NCBI GenBank assembly: GCA_963789395.1
Contig: CAWBKP010000003.1
Coordinates: 1 to 64,000 of the forward strand
DNA length: 64,000 bases
Reading direction: 5' to 3'
From: an uncultured delta proteobacterium
GTDB taxonomy: Bacteria > Desulfobacterota > Desulfobacteria > Desulfobacterales > Desulfatirhabdiaceae
Below the pieces are notes generated by a model. The model was not told the origin of the DNA and did not search any database. It saw nothing but the letters and a program-made list of their open reading frames with translations. How positions within the stretch are numbered: position 1 is the first letter of the stretch; every line of letters begins with the position of its first letter. Of this stretch, positions 42,322-52,865 are shown piece after piece. The position numbers and the translations under genes are program-made.

Positions 42322-44145
42322 TCATCCCCCCTTAATCACCACCAGGGTGATGTCATCCGCCTGAGCCGAAGTCTGCCGGAAATCAGCAATTGCAGAAAGG
42401 ATCGCCTCAATGATGGTGCTGGAAGAAGAGCGGCTGAACTGACGGATAATCTGGCGGAGCCGTTCTTTTCCGAAGCGCTCCCCGGAAGGATTTTCAGTCT
42501 CCCATATGCCGTCCGTGCCGATCAGGATGATTTCATTACCGGTGCAGCCGGCTTCCTGATATTGCTGATAGTGCCATGAAGCTTCAACGCCCAAAGCGAT
42601 GCCGCTTCCGTCCAGTTCCCGGAAACTGTCCGAAACAGGGTCGTAAACCTGAGCTGCGTCATGGCCTGCTCTGACCCATTGGATCCATTTGTTTTTACAG
42701 TCTATCACCATGACAAATAGCGTCATGAAGTTGCCGCTCAGGGCCGTATCCACACCCAGCAGGCGATTGACATCGCCCACAATCTCTGAAAGGGTTCCCG
42801 GCCGGATGATCCGGCTGCGCAGCAGTGCCCGTGTGGTCGTCATTAACAGCGCCGCGGAAATCCCGTGACCAGCCACATCACCAACTGCCACACCGATCCG
42901 GTTTTCCCCAAGCTCCGGAAACTGCAGAAAATCATAATAATCTCCGCCGGTGTCGTCGCAATAAAGGCTTTTTCCGGCAATATCCAGCCCGCGGAAATTG
43001 ATGGATTGCAGCGGCAGCAGATTCTGCTGGACTTCCTTTGCCAGGTCCAGAGACTCTTTCAGATGCAAGCGTTCTTTGAGCTGATGCGCCATGGCGTTAA
43101 AACTGGAAGTGAGCTCTCCCACCTCATCCCGACTGTTGACCGAAAGCGGCTGACCGAAATCGCCACTGGCCAGTTTTCCGGCGGCAACGGAAACATCCTT
43201 GATCGCGGCCACGGTTTTGCCCGTGACCCATCGAATCAGCAGGAGGATTGCCAGAATGGAGGACAGGCCGAAGATGATATAATAGTTCCGAAATGAGATC
43301 ATCGGCGAGAGGATTTCTTTTGCAGGCGCAATCATGACAAGGGTCCATGGCGCTTCCTGAAGTCTGTAAAACCCAACGACTTCGGAAATGGGGAAACCGG
43401 AACCGAACACAATGCCAAGTGATTTTTTCTTTAAGGCTTCAAAAGCCTGCTGCTCGATCGGGTCTCCGGATTCCCCGAGCTGTCGCCGGCCTTCAGGCGC
43501 CGTGGCTGCCAGTATACGGCCGTTCAAATCCACAAGAAACGCCTCGTTGCTTTGCCACCAGCCGGATGATTTTATGGTTTCAATCAGATAATCAAACCGC
43601 ATCACCGCTTCCAGGGAGCCGACAATTTCTTTTGCGTTGTTTTTGATATCAGATATGAGGGATACGGTCAGGCCGGCCTCACAGCTGATCTGGCAGGATG
43701 GAGAAACCTCGATGCTAATGGACTGACGGCCGGCGCCATGCATGCCCATGTGGGAAGAATCCGGCAACTGCTGAGACAAAGGGATTTCATCCTGCGGAAG
43801 GGTTCGTGCTGAAGGAACAGGAGTTGGAAACCTGTTCAGGATAACGCGGCTGACCCCTTCCACTGCCTTGAGTTGCTCAATGATATCGTTTTGCACCCAT
43901 TCCGCATAGGGCTTTTCAGAAGTCCGCCGATACAGGTCGAGCCAGATTTTCGGCATATTCAGGCGCATATCCACCTGATGTGCCGCACGCTGCAGGCGAA
44001 GCATGGCAGCCTCTCCCCACTGGTCCAGAAGCTGGGTGCGGGTATAGAAAAATCCGGTGGTTCCCATCCCGAGAAGCAATATCGCAACGGGAAGCAGCAC
44101 GAAAAAGTAAAGCCGCTGCTGAAGCGTTCTGGGCGTCAACAACAC
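42322..44145 (-). CDS. Membrane sensor PP2C/SpoIIE phosphatase with Cache-like and HAMP domains
   Basis: Two TM helices, DEVGELTSSFNAM HAMP, GGDYYD, DVAGHG, AGH, TDG, DDIT; start probably GTG 44145 overlapping the HNH stop. Confidence 0.88.
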   Translation of the reverse strand: MLLTPRTLQQRLYFFVLLPVAILLLGMGTTGFFYTRTQLLDQWGEAAMLRLQRAAHQVDMRLNMPKIWLDLYRRTSEKPYAEWVQNDIIEQLKAVEGVSRVILNRFPTPVPSARTLPQDEIPLSQQLPDSSHMGMHGAGRQSISIEVSPSCQISCEAGLTVSLISDIKNNAKEIVGSLEAVMRFDYLIETIKSSGWWQSNEAFLVDLNGRILAATAPEGRRQLGESGDPIEQQAFEALKKKSLGIVFGSGFPISEVVGFYRLQEAPWTLVMIAPAKEILSPMISFRNYYIIFGLSSILAILLLIRWVTGKTVAAIKDVSVAAGKLASGDFGQPLSVNSRDEVGELTSSFNAMAHQLKERLHLKESLDLAKEVQQNLLPLQSINFRGLDIAGKSLYCDDTGGDYYDFLQFPELGENRIGVAVGDVAGHGISAALLMTTTRALLRSRIIRPGTLSEIVGDVNRLLGVDTALSGNFMTLFVMVIDCKNKWIQWVRAGHDAAQVYDPVSDSFRELDGSGIALGVEASWHYQQYQEAGCTGNEIILIGTDGIWETENPSGERFGKERLRQIIRQFSRSSSSTIIEAILSAIADFRQTSAQADDITLVVIKGG

Positions 44146-44423
44146 GGCTGCCCCGCATTCCATTCCATGAGAAGCCGCTGCTTTTTTGCGGTGTTGCATG
44201 CCTTGCAGGCCGGCGTGACATTGCCCTTGGTGGTTCTTCCACCCCGGGAGAGCGGCACGACATGATCCATGGTCAATTCACCGGCAGGCGTGGGCTGCCC
44301 GCAATAGCCACAGACGCCCTTGGCGCACTGACGTTTCCACCACTGGGACGCACGCAGTTCCCTGGCTTTCCGGCGCTCCCGCTCAATGTCTTCGTTTTCC
44401 AAATTGATTGTAAAAGCTTTCAT
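44136..44423 (-). CDS. Small HNH-endonuclease-fold protein
   Basis: CGYC...TMDHVVPLSRGG...NVTPACKACN. Confidence 0.88.
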   Translation of the reverse strand: MKAFTINLENEDIERERRKARELRASQWWKRQCAKGVCGYCGQPTPAGELTMDHVVPLSRGGRTTKGNVTPACKACNTAKKQRLLMEWNAGQPCC

Positions 44424-45256
44424 CGCAATTTCTTATCCGCAATCCATCCCTGAATCTGCTCTACCAGCAGTGCGTAATAGGCTTCAGATCCCCCGATCCC
44501 GTGGCGGCCGAAAAAATAATTGATTTCAAGAAACAGCGGAACAGGCTGTTTTTCCTCCGAAGAAAACAATATATCAAACCCGGCCAGATTAATGTTCGTT
44601 TTGGCGCAAAATTCGCGAACCGCCTGAACCGCCATATCCTGAAGTTCGGGATCCGAAACCCTGTCCATCCGGGCGCCTTTTGACAGGCTGGCGCAAAAAT
44701 TGCCCGGCTGGTCGTGGGACCGCCAGTAAGACAGGTATTTTCGATATATCACCACAACCCGCAGAGACCTGAACCCGGAAGGGATATACCGCTGGATTAA
44801 AAACCCGTGCTGCCCGGTAGCCTCATAGGCATTGACCTGTCCGAGACACCCTTCAAGCTCATCATCGGATGAAATCAGGTGGACATTGTCCCCTTCCCCG
44901 CCCCAATCCATCTTCAGCACAAACGGATATGCAGGCGGAAAGTGGGCATTTGTTTTACAGGACACGACATAATCACTGAAACGCTCGAAGATCATCGTCT
45001 CCGGATGGCAGGCGCCGGTTTCCAGAAAGAGCCTTGCCTGCCCCAGCTTGCCGGGATAGGCGAATCTGGCGGTGTAATCCGGGAAAAACCGGGGACAGTT
45101 CCGGCTGACCATCCGGTAAAGTTCCCGTGAACACCCCTGGGGCAGCACAACGGCATCCGCAGACCGGATCAGCGCCAGGTCGTCTTCATCCGGAAGCCTT
45201 CCGGCACAGAGCCGATTTTGATCCGCCTCAAAGCAGGGGTGAAATGAAAGAATCAT
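44420..45256 (-). CDS. ATP-grasp (RimK/GshB-like) protein
   Basis: PFVLK, GGEG, LIQRYI, LRVVV, AGFD, FLEIN. Confidence 0.75.
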   Translation of the reverse strand: MILSFHPCFEADQNRLCAGRLPDEDDLALIRSADAVVLPQGCSRELYRMVSRNCPRFFPDYTARFAYPGKLGQARLFLETGACHPETMIFERFSDYVVSCKTNAHFPPAYPFVLKMDWGGEGDNVHLISSDDELEGCLGQVNAYEATGQHGFLIQRYIPSGFRSLRVVVIYRKYLSYWRSHDQPGNFCASLSKGARMDRVSDPELQDMAVQAVREFCAKTNINLAGFDILFSSEEKQPVPLFLEINYFFGRHGIGGSEAYYALLVEQIQGWIADKKLR

Positions 45257-46161
45257 CCGTAACCGAATTTGGACAGAAACCGGGTGTCCTTGCTCCAGTT
45301 TTTTTCCACCCGGACATACAGTTTCAGAAACACCCGCTTTCCGAGCAGTCTTTCGATTTCCTTGCGGGCATCTTCCCCGATACGCCCGAGCTTGCTTCCC
45401 TGCTTGCCGATCAGAATGCCTTTCTGAGAATCGCGTTCCACATGGATGGTGGCGTGAATACGGGTGAGATCCGCGCTTTTCTCGTCCTCCTTGAATGAAT
45501 CGACGGTCACGGCAACCGAGTAGGGAATTTCCTGTCCGGTCTGGCGGAATACCTTCTCCCGGATAATTTCCCCGGCCAGAAACCGGACCGAAAGATCCGT
45601 CAGGTTTTCTTCAGGGAAAAAAGCCGGGCCTTGCGGAAGGACTTCAGACAAAGCCTGAAGCAGGGCATCCACCTGTTCACCGGTCTGGGCGGATACAGGC
45701 ACAACGTCCTTGAACGGATAAATGGCCGACCATTCGGCGATCAGGGACAGCAGGGACGGCCGGGCGATCAGGTCGATTTTGTTCAGGGCCAGAACGACGG
45801 GACGGCTCTGTTTCTGAAGGGCGGCTTTTAAAATAGCTTCGGATTCGGAATCCGCGTCCGAAGCATCCACCACCAGGAGCAGGGCGTCAACATCACCCAT
45901 CACCGAAAGCGCTGTTTCAACAATACGGGTATTCAGAGGGCTCTTTGCCGTATGAATACCCGGGGTGTCAATAAACACCAGCTGGGACCCCGGACGGTTC
46001 ACGATGCCTTGAATCCGGTTTCGGGTGGTCTGGGGCTTTTTGGAAGTTATGGAAATTTTCTGGCCGATCATGCGGTTCAACAACGTGGACTTGCCGACAT
46101 TGGGAGGGCCGACAATTCCGATAAAACCGGTTCTGAATCCTTCCTCAGAGTGTTGCTGCAT
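45253..46161 (-). CDS. era: GTPase Era
   Basis: GPPNVGKST, KPQTTR, DTPG, NKID, KH domain SQKGILIGKQG; start ATG 46161. Confidence 0.95.
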   Translation of the reverse strand: MQQHSEEGFRTGFIGIVGPPNVGKSTLLNRMIGQKISITSKKPQTTRNRIQGIVNRPGSQLVFIDTPGIHTAKSPLNTRIVETALSVMGDVDALLLVVDASDADSESEAILKAALQKQSRPVVLALNKIDLIARPSLLSLIAEWSAIYPFKDVVPVSAQTGEQVDALLQALSEVLPQGPAFFPEENLTDLSVRFLAGEIIREKVFRQTGQEIPYSVAVTVDSFKEDEKSADLTRIHATIHVERDSQKGILIGKQGSKLGRIGEDARKEIERLLGKRVFLKLYVRVEKNWSKDTRFLSKFGYG

Positions 46162-46748
46162 GGCATATCCTTTCAATGGCGTCCCAGATCCGTTCCTTTC
46201 CGTTTCGGGTTTTGGCGGAAAACAAAATGAACTGATCCTTGGGGATACCTGTGGTTGCGGAAACAAGGGTTAATTGCCGGGCCTGCTGAGCTGTTTTCAG
46301 TTTATCGGTTTTTGTCAATATAGTGATGGTCGGAATTTGATAATGTCCCAGCCAGTTGATCAGATACAGGTCTTTTTCATCCGGTGTCCGGCGGATGTCC
46401 ATGATCAGGACGACGGCCTTCAGCGTGGTGCCGCTCGGACAGATAGGTTTCGATCATGGGCTTCCAGCTTTTTTTAATGGCAGCCGGAACCTTGGCGTAT
46501 CCGTATCCGGGCAGATCCACGAATGTCATGCTGCCATTGATATCGAAAAAATTGATCAGCTGGGTTCTGCCGGGCGTGGTGCTGGTCTTGACCAGGCGTT
46601 TTCGATTGACCAGGACATTGATGAGTGAGGATTTGCCGACATTCGATTTGCCGGCAAACGCAATTTCCGGAAAATTCACCGGCGGATACTGTGACGGCCG
46701 GGTGGCGCTGGTAATAAATTCAGCGGACAAGATATTCATCGTTTTCAA
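46145..46748 (-). CDS. engB: GTPase EngB/YihA, +1 frameshift near 46430
   Basis: [20 protein letters not shown], then MDIRR...TKTDK...FSA in the next frame. Removing one base gives [13 protein letters not shown]. Confidence 0.92.
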
Positions 46749-47887
46749 CTTCTTGATTTCAGGTAGGCTTCCAGGCGGTTCATCCCTTCGGCGATGTTTT
46801 CCAGGGAATTGGCATAGGAAAACCGCAGATACCCTTCGCCGTTCTTTCCAAAATCAATGCCGGGCGAAACACCGACACAGGCTTTTTCCAGAATATCAAA
46901 GGCCAGCTGATAGGAATCCATGGAGATGTGCCGGGCATTGGCAAACACATAAAAGGCGCCGGTGGGCTCCACCGTGATCCCAAGACCCATTTCCCGGAGC
47001 CTTTTGATCATGAATTTGCGGCGCTCGTCATAAATCCGCTTCATGCGGGTCACATCTTCGCCGGCATATTTCAATGCCGCAATCCCGGCTTTTTGCACCA
47101 TGGAATTGGCGGAAATGAAAAAATTCTGATGAATTTTCTGAAGGGCCCGCATATAGGGTTTGGGTGCGATCACATATCCCAGCCGCAGACCGGTCATGGC
47201 ATAGAGTTTTGAAAAACCGTTCAGCACAAAGGCGTTGTCCGTAAATTCCAGAATGGAGTGCTCTTTTCCTTCATATACCAGGCCGTGATATATCTCATCC
47301 GAAACAATGCAGGGGGAGAACTCGGCGATCTTTTTCATCCGCTCCGCAGACAGCAGATTTCCCGTGGGGTTGGACGGAGAATTGATAAAAACAGCCCGGG
47401 TTCTGGCGGTGATTTTTTCCCGGATCGCCTCCGGCCGATACTGGAATCCGTCTTCTTCATAGACCGGTACCCGGACAGGGACGCCCTGTACAAACTGGAT
47501 AAAATTGGGATAACAGGCGTAATGGGGATCCGAGATGATCACCTCGTCCCCGGGCTCAAGAAGCGCCGAAAACACCATGAACATGACAGGGGACGTGCCG
47601 GAGGAGACCAGAATCTGATCCGGCTCCACCTTTACCCGGTAAGTTGCGTCATAATACTCGCAGATGGCCTCCCGGAGCTCCAGCATCCCGAGGCTGTGGG
47701 TGTAGTGGGTAAACCCGTCCTCGAGTGCCTTGCAGGCGGCCTCCTTGACGCATTCGGGGGCGTTGAAATCCGGTTCCCCGACCTCCAGATGGATGACATG
47801 CCGGCCCTGGCATTCCATCTCGCAGGCCTTTTCAAGGACATCCATCACGATAAACGATGTCATTTCCTGTGTACGTTTTGAAACCAT
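46745..47887 (-). CDS. PLP-dependent class I/II aminotransferase
   Basis: [37 protein letters not shown]. Confidence 0.92.
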   Translation of the reverse strand: MVSKRTQEMTSFIVMDVLEKACEMECQGRHVIHLEVGEPDFNAPECVKEAACKALEDGFTHYTHSLGMLELREAICEYYDATYRVKVEPDQILVSSGTSPVMFMVFSALLEPGDEVIISDPHYACYPNFIQFVQGVPVRVPVYEEDGFQYRPEAIREKITARTRAVFINSPSNPTGNLLSAERMKKIAEFSPCIVSDEIYHGLVYEGKEHSILEFTDNAFVLNGFSKLYAMTGLRLGYVIAPKPYMRALQKIHQNFFISANSMVQKAGIAALKYAGEDVTRMKRIYDERRKFMIKRLREMGLGITVEPTGAFYVFANARHISMDSYQLAFDILEKACVGVSPGIDFGKNGEGYLRFSYANSLENIAEGMNRLEAYLKSRS

Positions 47888-47911
47888 GGGCTGGGCTTTC
47901 CTTGTGATCAA

Positions 47912-48907
47912 TTATTTGTTGCCGATAAATGAATCCCCGCTGTGAATTATCAGGCGGTCCATATAGCTTTCGATCCGCTGCACGGCTTCTTTTTCGGAGG
48001 AGACATATTTTACGGACTCCCGGAACCTGCTGCTTTCGGGAAGTCCCCGAACAAACCACCCCAGCCGGCTTCGCATCATCGGACAGGCCAGTTTCTCGCC
48101 AAGATGGCACACGGATGCTTTAACATATCGTATCATTATCTCACGGCGTCTGGCAATATCTACTATAGGGATTTGCCTGGAGTTCAACCGGGCATCGATC
48201 TGGGAAAATATCCAGGGGTTTCCCATGGCGTGTCTGCCCACCATGACCGCATCGCAGCCGGTCTGCGCAAACATGTCGATGGCGGTTTCCGGCGAAACAA
48301 TATCCCCGTTTCCGATGACCGGAATGGAAACCGCTTGCTTGACCGCTGCGATGACGGACCAGTCCGCATTTCCCTGAAACATCTGCTGTGCGGTCCGGGG
48401 GTGAACGGCAATGGCATCCACACCGGCGTCTTCGGCCACTCTGGCGATGTCCAGGGCCTGTTTGCCGGACTTATCCCACCCGGTCCGGATCTTGATGGTC
48501 AGCGGAATGCGGATTGCGCTTCGTACCGCGCGGAGAATTGCCTCTGCTTTAAACACATCCCGCATCAGGGCCGCTCCGGAACCGGTCTTGAGCACTTTTT
48601 TAACCGAGCACCCGAAGTTGATATCCAGAATGTCGGCTCCCGATGCCTCTACCATTGCCGCAGCCTCAGCCATCATAAACGGATCGGATCCGAAGATCTG
48701 AATGGAAAGCGGCTTTTCTTCCGCAACACTTTCCAGCATGGTATGGGTTTTGCCGGAACGATAGACCAGACCGTTCGAGCTGATCATCTCCGAGCAAACC
48801 AGACCGCAGCCGTTTTCCTTGGCGATCAGGCGAAAGGGCAGATTGGTGATGCCGGCCAGAGGGGCCAGCACCGTCGGACTTGAAAGCGCGATATTACCAA
48901 TTTTCAT
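47912..48907 (-). CDS. dusB: tRNA-dihydrouridine synthase B
   Basis: APLAG, DINFGC, GSGAAL, HPRT, NGDI, MVGR. Confidence 0.9.
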   Translation of the reverse strand: MKIGNIALSSPTVLAPLAGITNLPFRLIAKENGCGLVCSEMISSNGLVYRSGKTHTMLESVAEEKPLSIQIFGSDPFMMAEAAAMVEASGADILDINFGCSVKKVLKTGSGAALMRDVFKAEAILRAVRSAIRIPLTIKIRTGWDKSGKQALDIARVAEDAGVDAIAVHPRTAQQMFQGNADWSVIAAVKQAVSIPVIGNGDIVSPETAIDMFAQTGCDAVMVGRHAMGNPWIFSQIDARLNSRQIPIVDIARRREIMIRYVKASVCHLGEKLACPMMRSRLGWFVRGLPESSRFRESVKYVSSEKEAVQRIESYMDRLIIHSGDSFIGNK

Positions 48908-48923
48908 AAAATCCGTGGTGGGT

Positions 48924-50069
48924 CTATTCTCCGAAAATACCGGCGGTGCGATTTTGCAATGGATCAGAACCGCCGTCAGATGGCAATGCGCCTTTTTCCG
49001 GAATCCGTATCAGTTGTCCGATTCCCATGATCACTGCCCTTGAGGCATCGAAGCCGGTTTCTTTCATGGTCCGCTTCAAATCGATCAGCGGATAGCCGAT
49101 AGGCTCATCACCCAGTTGGAAAGCCCCCCAATGGGCTGGAATGAAATATTTAGCCCCCAGATCATCAACTGCAAGAAGCGCTTCCCTGACGTCAAGATGC
49201 CCATAATGCATGAACCAGCGCGGATGATACGCGCCAGTGGAGATCAGGGCATAATCGATTCCCGGATATTTCTTACCGAATTCCTTATAGCCCATGAAAT
49301 ACCCGCTGTCACCGCCAAAGTAAATGGTCGTATTCTCCGTTTTCAGCAGAAAGCTTGACCAGAGAGTTTCATTGGTTCCTTGAGTCAGCCGTCTTGACCA
49401 GTGCTGTGCCGGAAGACACACGAGGGATGTTCCGTTTCCGAAGTCGATGGTCTGCCACCAGTCCATTTCCACGACTGTTTTTTTGCCCGTTTCTTCAACA
49501 GTCCCCTTGAGCCCCAGGGGAACGTAGAAATTCGCATCATCTGGCAGACCGCGAAGACTTGCCGCATCAAAATGTTCGTAATGGTTATGCGAGATGACGA
49601 CATTCAGCTTTCCCTTTAGCGTTTTCATCTCGGAAAGGGTGAGGGCCGGCGGCGTGTGCCGCTTCGGAAGTAGCGCCCGATCGGAAAACATCGGATCCAT
49701 GAGCCAGAGCTCACCGCCGACACGGATCAGAAACGTGGCGTGACCGATCCAGGCAATGAACTCCACATCCGCCGGCAGTTCATCGATACGAGTCTTCAAT
49801 CCGGGAAAGAACTCCGGGATGGCGCTTTTTTCTTCCTCGGTGTATGCGTTTCGGGTTGACAGCTTCCAGCTCAAAAACCTTGCCAGGCCGCCATGCTCCA
49901 TGGGCATCCACGGGTTAAAGAATTTGCCATCCCTGTAATGCGGCGCATAAAGCAGGTCATGATTTACGGTTTCCACGTCATTTTGCCATTTCGTATCGCT
50001 GAACGCGGGCGAGTTGGATCTGCAACCCGTCAGGACGATCAAACAGAGGCTCAATAACAAATATTTCAA
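48924..50069 (-). CDS. MBL-fold metallo-hydrolase lipoprotein (RomA/NAPE-PLD-like)
   Basis: WIGHATF, SHNHYEH, PAQHWS, GDSGY, HWG; lipobox LTGC after a probable TTG start at 50069. Confidence 0.82.
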   Translation of the reverse strand: MKYLLLSLCLIVLTGCRSNSPAFSDTKWQNDVETVNHDLLYAPHYRDGKFFNPWMPMEHGGLARFLSWKLSTRNAYTEEEKSAIPEFFPGLKTRIDELPADVEFIAWIGHATFLIRVGGELWLMDPMFSDRALLPKRHTPPALTLSEMKTLKGKLNVVISHNHYEHFDAASLRGLPDDANFYVPLGLKGTVEETGKKTVVEMDWWQTIDFGNGTSLVCLPAQHWSRRLTQGTNETLWSSFLLKTENTTIYFGGDSGYFMGYKEFGKKYPGIDYALISTGAYHPRWFMHYGHLDVREALLAVDDLGAKYFIPAHWGAFQLGDEPIGYPLIDLKRTMKETGFDASRAVIMGIGQLIRIPEKGALPSDGGSDPLQNRTAGIFGE

Positions 50070-50289
50070 AACATCCTCGCATCCATGTGAAAAAATGAAG
50101 ACCCGGTATAATACAATTCTGGCCATGTTGATTTCTGTGGCATTCATCCTGCAAATAGGGCAAAATTAATGGATTATACAGTCACCCCTTTATTTTTTCT
50201 TTCGGGTAAAATCGCAACCCATTGAGTTTGAAATTAAGTAAAAATCCTTAATTGTCAACGGATTTGGTATTGCTCCGGGAATTAACGTT

Positions 50290-50835
50290 ATGCAGAATAC
50301 AAGCATCTGCACGGAATTCAGACAGAAGCTTCTGGACTGTCTTTGCGGCTGGAATGGAGTTTCGCCCACCCGGGAAGCCTATCTGAACGCAGCACGGGAA
50401 TTGACGGCATGGCGAACAGATCAGAACCATGGCGGGTTGTGGGAATCGCCGCCGCTGATGGTGACGGCAACCATTGACGATGGCTGGGGGCACGGCCTGG
50501 AAGTGATCGAAAAACTGGCCGCGGCAACAGGGATGCAAATCCATTCCCTGGGCCTGCTTCAGTCACCGGACAGCATTACAGAAGCCTGTCTGAAACTGAA
50601 CCCCCGGTTTCTGGGGCTGACGGTTCTTCAGTTTGATTCGGACGAGCAGGTCGCGGAAATCGTCCGCCGGTTGCCTTCATCAACGATTCTGATTGCCGGA
50701 GGTTCGGCCTATCGGTATGATGAAGACTTTGCCCGGCGAACCGGAACCCGCGTGGTGGTGAAAAACGGCGCTGCACTGCTGCAGTTTCTCATGAATTGGG
50801 ATGGCAAAGCAGATCCATCCTCATTCGTTCCATGA
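50290..50835 (+). CDS. Stand-alone B12-binding-domain-like protein
   Basis: Rossmann-like pattern DDGWGHG...LGL...LGLTVL...IAGG resembling MetH/MtaC B12-binding domains. Confidence 0.65.
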   Translation: MQNTSICTEFRQKLLDCLCGWNGVSPTREAYLNAARELTAWRTDQNHGGLWESPPLMVTATIDDGWGHGLEVIEKLAAATGMQIHSLGLLQSPDSITEACLKLNPRFLGLTVLQFDSDEQVAEIVRRLPSSTILIAGGSAYRYDEDFARRTGTRVVVKNGAALLQFLMNWDGKADPSSFVP

Positions 50836-51870
50836 AAAAAGAGCCGCCCCGACGATGAGGCAGAATGCGGTCATTGCCGAAAGAATCATCAGCTCAGGCA
50901 TGACATCGGAGAGGCCGGCCCCGTCATTCATGATTTTTCGCACCGCAGTCAGAATATGGGTCAGGGGAAAGGTGGCGGCAATCCATTGGATCCATCCGGG
51001 CGCGCCTTCAATGGAAAACCAGACGCCGGACAAAAACATCATGGGCCAGGAGATAAAATTCAGGACCCCGCTGGTGAATTCCTCGCTGACGCCCCGCGAT
51101 GCCAGGACAAGCCCCATGGAAGTCAGGCTGAGACATCCCAGAAAAAAGACCACGGTCAAATCCAGATAAGAGCCGGCCACATCAAACGAAAAAATAAAAT
51201 CGCATCCGATCCAGACGATGATCAGGGTGAACATGAGCAGAAAAATCCGGGAAAGCATCTGGGCGCTGAGATATTCCATTGCTGTCAGGGGCGTTGCCTT
51301 TAGACGCTTTAACACGCCGTTTTTCCGGTACCGGACCACCACGTACCCCACCCCCCACAACGCGCTGAACATCATGTTCATGCCCAGAATGCCGGGAAAC
51401 AGCCAGTCGATATACCGAATTTCCTTGCCCTGGATCACCCGTCTGCTTAATTGATTTTCGGTGTCTTTGGGCTGAAGGGAGGCGATCAGCAGCTTTTCCA
51501 GGATATAGCCTTTGGGGGAGGACGCATTGGTCCAGTATGCATAGGGGGCTGATCCCTGCTGAATCAGCAGATCGATTTTATGCTGCTTTAAAAGCACAAG
51601 CCCGGCCTCAAGAGACGGAACGCCCACAAATGCCACATATCTTGAAGATTGAAAGCCTTCGGGAATGTCCACCCTGTGATGGATGGCCACAGGGGGGGCA
51701 ACGGGGAACACCCCTGCCTTGTATTCCGAAAAGGATTTCCCGCCGAAAATGATGCCGAACCCGGCAACAATCAAAAAAGGAAACATGAAATTCCAGCCGA
51801 ATGCCGCGCGATCCCGGAAAAACTCCCGATTTCTGGCGGTAAACATGGCCCAAAATCGCTTGAATCGCAT
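50821..51870 (-). CDS. ABC-2 type exporter permease
   Basis: Multiple TM segments; PGILGM, LKRLKATP, PMMFLSG. Confidence 0.88.
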   Translation of the reverse strand: MRFKRFWAMFTARNREFFRDRAAFGWNFMFPFLIVAGFGIIFGGKSFSEYKAGVFPVAPPVAIHHRVDIPEGFQSSRYVAFVGVPSLEAGLVLLKQHKIDLLIQQGSAPYAYWTNASSPKGYILEKLLIASLQPKDTENQLSRRVIQGKEIRYIDWLFPGILGMNMMFSALWGVGYVVVRYRKNGVLKRLKATPLTAMEYLSAQMLSRIFLLMFTLIIVWIGCDFIFSFDVAGSYLDLTVVFFLGCLSLTSMGLVLASRGVSEEFTSGVLNFISWPMMFLSGVWFSIEGAPGWIQWIAATFPLTHILTAVRKIMNDGAGLSDVMPELMILSAMTAFCLIVGAALFSWNE

Positions 51871-51873
51871 CCG

Positions 51874-52623
51874 TTACTCCCGAAGCTGCCTGCCGGTTAA
51901 TTTAATAAACACGTTTTCCAGGTTCGCCTCCGGGCAGGGTTGGCCGGTGCTGTCTTCACCGCAATATTCACAGATCAGATCCGGGACCGTGCCGCGGGCA
52001 ATGATGTGGCCATAATCCATGATCGCAATTTCGTCACAGAGCAGCTGGGCCTCTTCCATATAATGGGTGGTGAGAATGATGGTTTTCCCCTGCGTTTTGA
52101 TATTCAGCAGAATATCCCATAGATTCCGCCGGGCCTGAGGATCCAGGCCCGTTGACGGTTCATCCAGAAAGAGCAGCTCCGGCCGGTTCACCAGGGCCAC
52201 GGCCAGAAGCAGCCGCTGTCGCTGACCCCCGGAAATCCGGTCATTGTACTGGTTCTGAATGTCCAGAAGATTGCACGTAGCCAGAAGGCTGTCAATATCC
52301 GCCGTCTTGTGGTAAAGTTTCTGAAATGTTTTCAGGGTTTCCCGGACCGTTAAAAACGAGAGCAGGGCCGTATGCTGGAACTGAATGCCGATTTCTTCGT
52401 TAAAAACCCTCGTCCTGGGGCCTCCCTTGTAAATAACCTCGCCGGAATCGGCGGAAAGGATGCCTTCCATCATCTCGATGGTGGTGGTTTTTCCTGCACC
52501 GTTGGGTCCCAGCAGCCCGAAACAGATTCCCTTTGGAATGGCAAAACTGACATCGTCAACAGCTTTAAGGGATTTATAGTTTTTTACCAGATGTCGGACT
52601 TCAAGAAGCGGATTCATGGTCAT
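51874..52623 (-). CDS. ABC exporter ATPase
   Basis: GPNGAGKTT, ISGGQRQR, LDEPSTGLDP, TTHYMEEA. Confidence 0.92.
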   Translation of the reverse strand: MTMNPLLEVRHLVKNYKSLKAVDDVSFAIPKGICFGLLGPNGAGKTTTIEMMEGILSADSGEVIYKGGPRTRVFNEEIGIQFQHTALLSFLTVRETLKTFQKLYHKTADIDSLLATCNLLDIQNQYNDRISGGQRQRLLLAVALVNRPELLFLDEPSTGLDPQARRNLWDILLNIKTQGKTIILTTHYMEEAQLLCDEIAIMDYGHIIARGTVPDLICEYCGEDSTGQPCPEANLENVFIKLTGRQLRE

Positions 52624-52865
52624 GGGCGTGGTGTTTGCTGTAAGTGTATCGACATGTTGTTGCAGTTTATGAAAAAGCCCGGCGGCTGTCAAGGACGAAT
52701 CCCCGGAAAGGTTTGTCTCTGCCGGGCCGTGACCCGTTATCCAACTTTATGCTTGACAACAGTCTGCTTTAGATGGACAAATTAAATGTTGAAGTTGAAG
52801 CACAAGATAACGGGCAGGCCGACGGGCCGCGCCTGCGCAACCATCCATAAAGGAGGAACCCATCC

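Noticed and set aside
44136..44423. HNH protein as an IscB/Cas9-like or defence nuclease
   Set aside because: Only 95 aa, no RuvC motifs, no adjacent non-coding RNA space, and embedded in a housekeeping operon.
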